Of a stretch of DNA of 64,000 nucleotides, positions 61,336-64,000 are shown piece after piece. Each line of letters opens with the position of its first letter. Position 1 is the first letter of the stretch. The notes below the pieces were generated by a model that saw nothing but the letters and a program-made list of their open reading frames with translations, was not told the DNA's origin and searched no databases. The position numbers were made by a program, and so were the translations under genes. The DNA is from Escherichia coli (GTDB lineage: Bacteria > Pseudomonadota > Gammaproteobacteria > Enterobacterales > Enterobacteriaceae): assembly GCF_030013595.1 (NCBI RefSeq), contig NZ_CP122768.1, one strand, 5' to 3'.

Positions 61336-62538
61336 ATGACACAATTCGCTTCTCCTGTTCTGCACTCGTTGCTGGATACAGATGCTTATAAGTTGCATAT
61401 GCAGCAAGCCGTGTTTCATCACTATTACGATGTGCATGTCGCGGCGGAGTTTCGTTGCCGAGGTGACGATCTGCTGGGTATTTATGCCGATGCTATTCGT
61501 GAACAGGTTCAGGCGATGCAGCACCTGCGCCTGCAGGATGATGAATATCAATGGCTCTCAGCCCTGCCTTTCTTTAAGGCCGACTATCTTAACTGGCTAC
61601 GCGAGTTCCGCTTTAACCCGGAACAAGTCACCGTGTCCAACGATAATGGCAAGCTGGATATTCGTTTAAGCGGCCCGTGGCGTGAAGTCATCCTCTGGGA
61701 AGTTCCTTTGCTGGCGGTTATCAGTGAAATGGTACATCGCTATCGCTCACCGCAGGCCGACGTTGCGCAAGCCCTCGACACGCTGGAAAGCAAATTAGCC
61801 GATTTCTCGGCATTAACCGCCGGTCTTGATATGTCGCGCTTCCATCTGATGGATTTTGGCACCCGCCGACGTTTTTCTCGTGAAGTACAAGAAACCATCG
61901 TGAAACGTCTCCAACAGGAATCCTGGTTCGTGGGCACCAGCAACTACGATCTGGCGCGTCGGCTTTCCCTCACGCCGATGGGAACACAGGCACACGAATG
62001 GTTCCAGGCGCATCAGCAAATCAGCCCGGATCTAGCCAACAGCCAGCGAGCTGCACTTGCTGCCTGGCTGGAAGAATATCCCGACCAACTTGGCATTGCA
62101 TTAACCGACTGCATCACTATGGATGCTTTCCTGCGTGATTTCGGTATCGAGTTCGCCAGTCGCTATCAGGGCCTGCGTCATGACTCCGGCGACCCGGTTG
62201 AATGGGGTGAAAAAGCCATTGCACATTATGAGAAGCTGGGAATTGATCCACAGAGTAAAACGCTGGTTTTCTCTGACAATCTGGATTTACGCAAAGCGGT
62301 TGAGCTATACCGCCATTTCTCTTCCCGCGTGCAATTAAGTTTTGGTATTGGGACTCGCCTGACCTGCGATATCCCCCAGGTAAAACCCCTGAATATTGTC
62401 ATTAAGTTGGTTGAGTGTAACGGTAAACCGGTGGCGAAACTTTCTGACAGCCCTGGCAAAACTATCTGCCACGATAAAGCGTTTGTTCGGGCGCTGCGTA
62501 AAGCGTTCGACCTTCCGCATATTAAAAAAGCCAGTTAA
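61336..62538 (+). CDS. pncB: Nicotinate phosphoribosyltransferase
   Basis: 400 aa from [24 protein letters not shown]. Confidence 0.95.
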   Translation: MTQFASPVLHSLLDTDAYKLHMQQAVFHHYYDVHVAAEFRCRGDDLLGIYADAIREQVQAMQHLRLQDDEYQWLSALPFFKADYLNWLREFRFNPEQVTVSNDNGKLDIRLSGPWREVILWEVPLLAVISEMVHRYRSPQADVAQALDTLESKLADFSALTAGLDMSRFHLMDFGTRRRFSREVQETIVKRLQQESWFVGTSNYDLARRLSLTPMGTQAHEWFQAHQQISPDLANSQRAALAAWLEEYPDQLGIALTDCITMDAFLRDFGIEFASRYQGLRHDSGDPVEWGEKAIAHYEKLGIDPQSKTLVFSDNLDLRKAVELYRHFSSRVQLSFGIGTRLTCDIPQVKPLNIVIKLVECNGKPVAKLSDSPGKTICHDKAFVRALRKAFDLPHIKKAS

Positions 62539-62544
62539 TATCAT

Positions 62545-62574
62545 CAGGGAGCTAATCGGCTCCCTTTTTTTACC
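62545..62574 (+). terminator. pncB Rho-independent terminator
   Basis: gggagctaatcggctccc followed by seven T. Confidence 0.7.
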
Positions 62575-62707
62575 TTTAATTCCGAAATCTTTCGCTGCAT
62601 TTGCGAATTCTGCTTGTCTGATTGCAGATGCCAGGTAACATAGGTATCCCCCCCATTTACGGGTGGACAAGTGTTTATTTTTTCCGACTATTAACAGAGA
62701 GAATATT

Positions 62708-64000
62708 ATGAGCGTTGTGCCTGTAGCCGACGTACTCCAGGGCCGCGTAGCCGTTGACAGCGAAGTCACCGTACGCGGATGGGTACGTACCCGCCGAGAT
62801 TCAAAAGCTGGCATCTCCTTCCTCGCCGTTTATGACGGTTCCTGCTTTGATCCTGTACAGGCTGTCATCAATAATTCTCTGCCCAATTACAATGAAGACG
62901 TCTTGCGTCTGACCACCGGTTGCTCGGTCATTGTGACGGGTAAAGTCGTGGCATCGCCGGGCCAGGGGCAACAATTTGAAATTCAGGCCAGCAAGGTTGA
63001 AGTTGCTGGTTGGGTTGAAGATCCAGACACTTACCCGATGGCGGCAAAACGCCACAGCATTGAGTATCTGCGTGAAGTCGCTCACCTGCGTCCGCGCACA
63101 AACCTGATTGGTGCCGTCGCGCGCGTTCGCCATACGCTGGCGCAGGCGCTGCATCGCTTCTTTAACGAGCAGGGATTCTTCTGGGTTTCAACGCCACTGA
63201 TTACTGCGTCTGATACCGAAGGGGCTGGCGAAATGTTCCGCGTTTCTACGCTGGATCTGGAAAACCTGCCGCGTAACGATCAGGGCAAAGTGGATTTCGA
63301 CAAAGACTTCTTTGGTAAAGAGTCTTTCCTGACCGTATCTGGCCAGTTGAACGGCGAAACCTACGCTTGCGCATTGTCCAAAATTTATACCTTCGGCCCG
63401 ACTTTCCGTGCTGAAAACTCCAACACCAGCCGTCACCTGGCGGAATTCTGGATGCTGGAGCCGGAAGTGGCGTTTGCTAACCTGAACGATATCGCGGGTC
63501 TGGCTGAAGCCATGCTGAAATATGTCTTCAAAGCGGTTCTCGAAGAACGCGCTGACGACATGAAATTCTTCGCTGAACGCGTAGATAAAGATGCCGTTTC
63601 ACGTCTGGAACGCTTCATTGAAGCCGATTTTGCGCAGGTGGATTACACCGACGCAGTGACTATTCTCGAAAACTGCGGCAGGAAGTTTGAAAACCCAGTT
63701 TACTGGGGCGTTGATCTCTCTTCTGAGCATGAGCGTTATCTGGCGGAAGAACACTTTAAAGCACCGGTAGTGGTTAAAAACTATCCGAAAGATATTAAAG
63801 CGTTCTATATGCGCCTTAACGAAGACGGTAAAACCGTTGCGGCTATGGACGTTCTGGCTCCGGGCATCGGTGAGATCATTGGTGGCTCCCAGCGTGAAGA
63901 ACGTCTGGACGTGCTGGACGAGCGTATGCTGGAAATGGGCCTGAATAAAGAAGATTACTGGTGGTATCGCGATCTGCGTCGCTACGGTACTGTTCCGCAT
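62708..64000 (+). CDS. asnS: Asparaginyl-tRNA synthetase (3' end beyond window)
   Basis: Open frame from ATG 62708 to window end, [31 protein letters not shown]...; not in ORF track because it is unterminated. Confidence 0.95.

Overview
Enterobacterial (E. coli-like) window in two parts. Positions 1-27088 are horizontally acquired prophage DNA ending at a truncated serT (tRNA-Ser) att copy; positions 27295-64000 are conserved core chromosome, collinear with the K-12 yccA-asnS region in reverse orientation. The prophage part is composite. Its left edge is the right end of a P2-like late region (gpD tail-gene fragment, cargo, ogr activator). The rest is a lambdoid cryptic prophage with no morphogenetic genes in the window. 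The most interesting feature is the cargo between gpD and ogr: a tightly coupled, AT-rich four-gene His-Xaa-Ser (Hxs-type) operon (397-3836, minus strand). It encodes an exported His-Xaa-Ser repeat protein with a peptidoglycan-binding domain, two radical SAM maturases and an LLNDYxLRE-signature protein. This family is defined computationally and, to my knowledge, has no experimentally established function; as phage cargo it is a candidate defence or envelope-modification system. Other notable items: a hok/mok/sok-like type I toxin locus, cargo genes between Q and the lysis cassette, a parDE module, nested inverted repeats in the early-left operon, an apparent ssuA frameshift, and absence of the elf fimbrial operon between pyrD and ssuE. 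All calls rest on reading the sequence and supplied ORF translations plus remembered family signatures; no searches were run.
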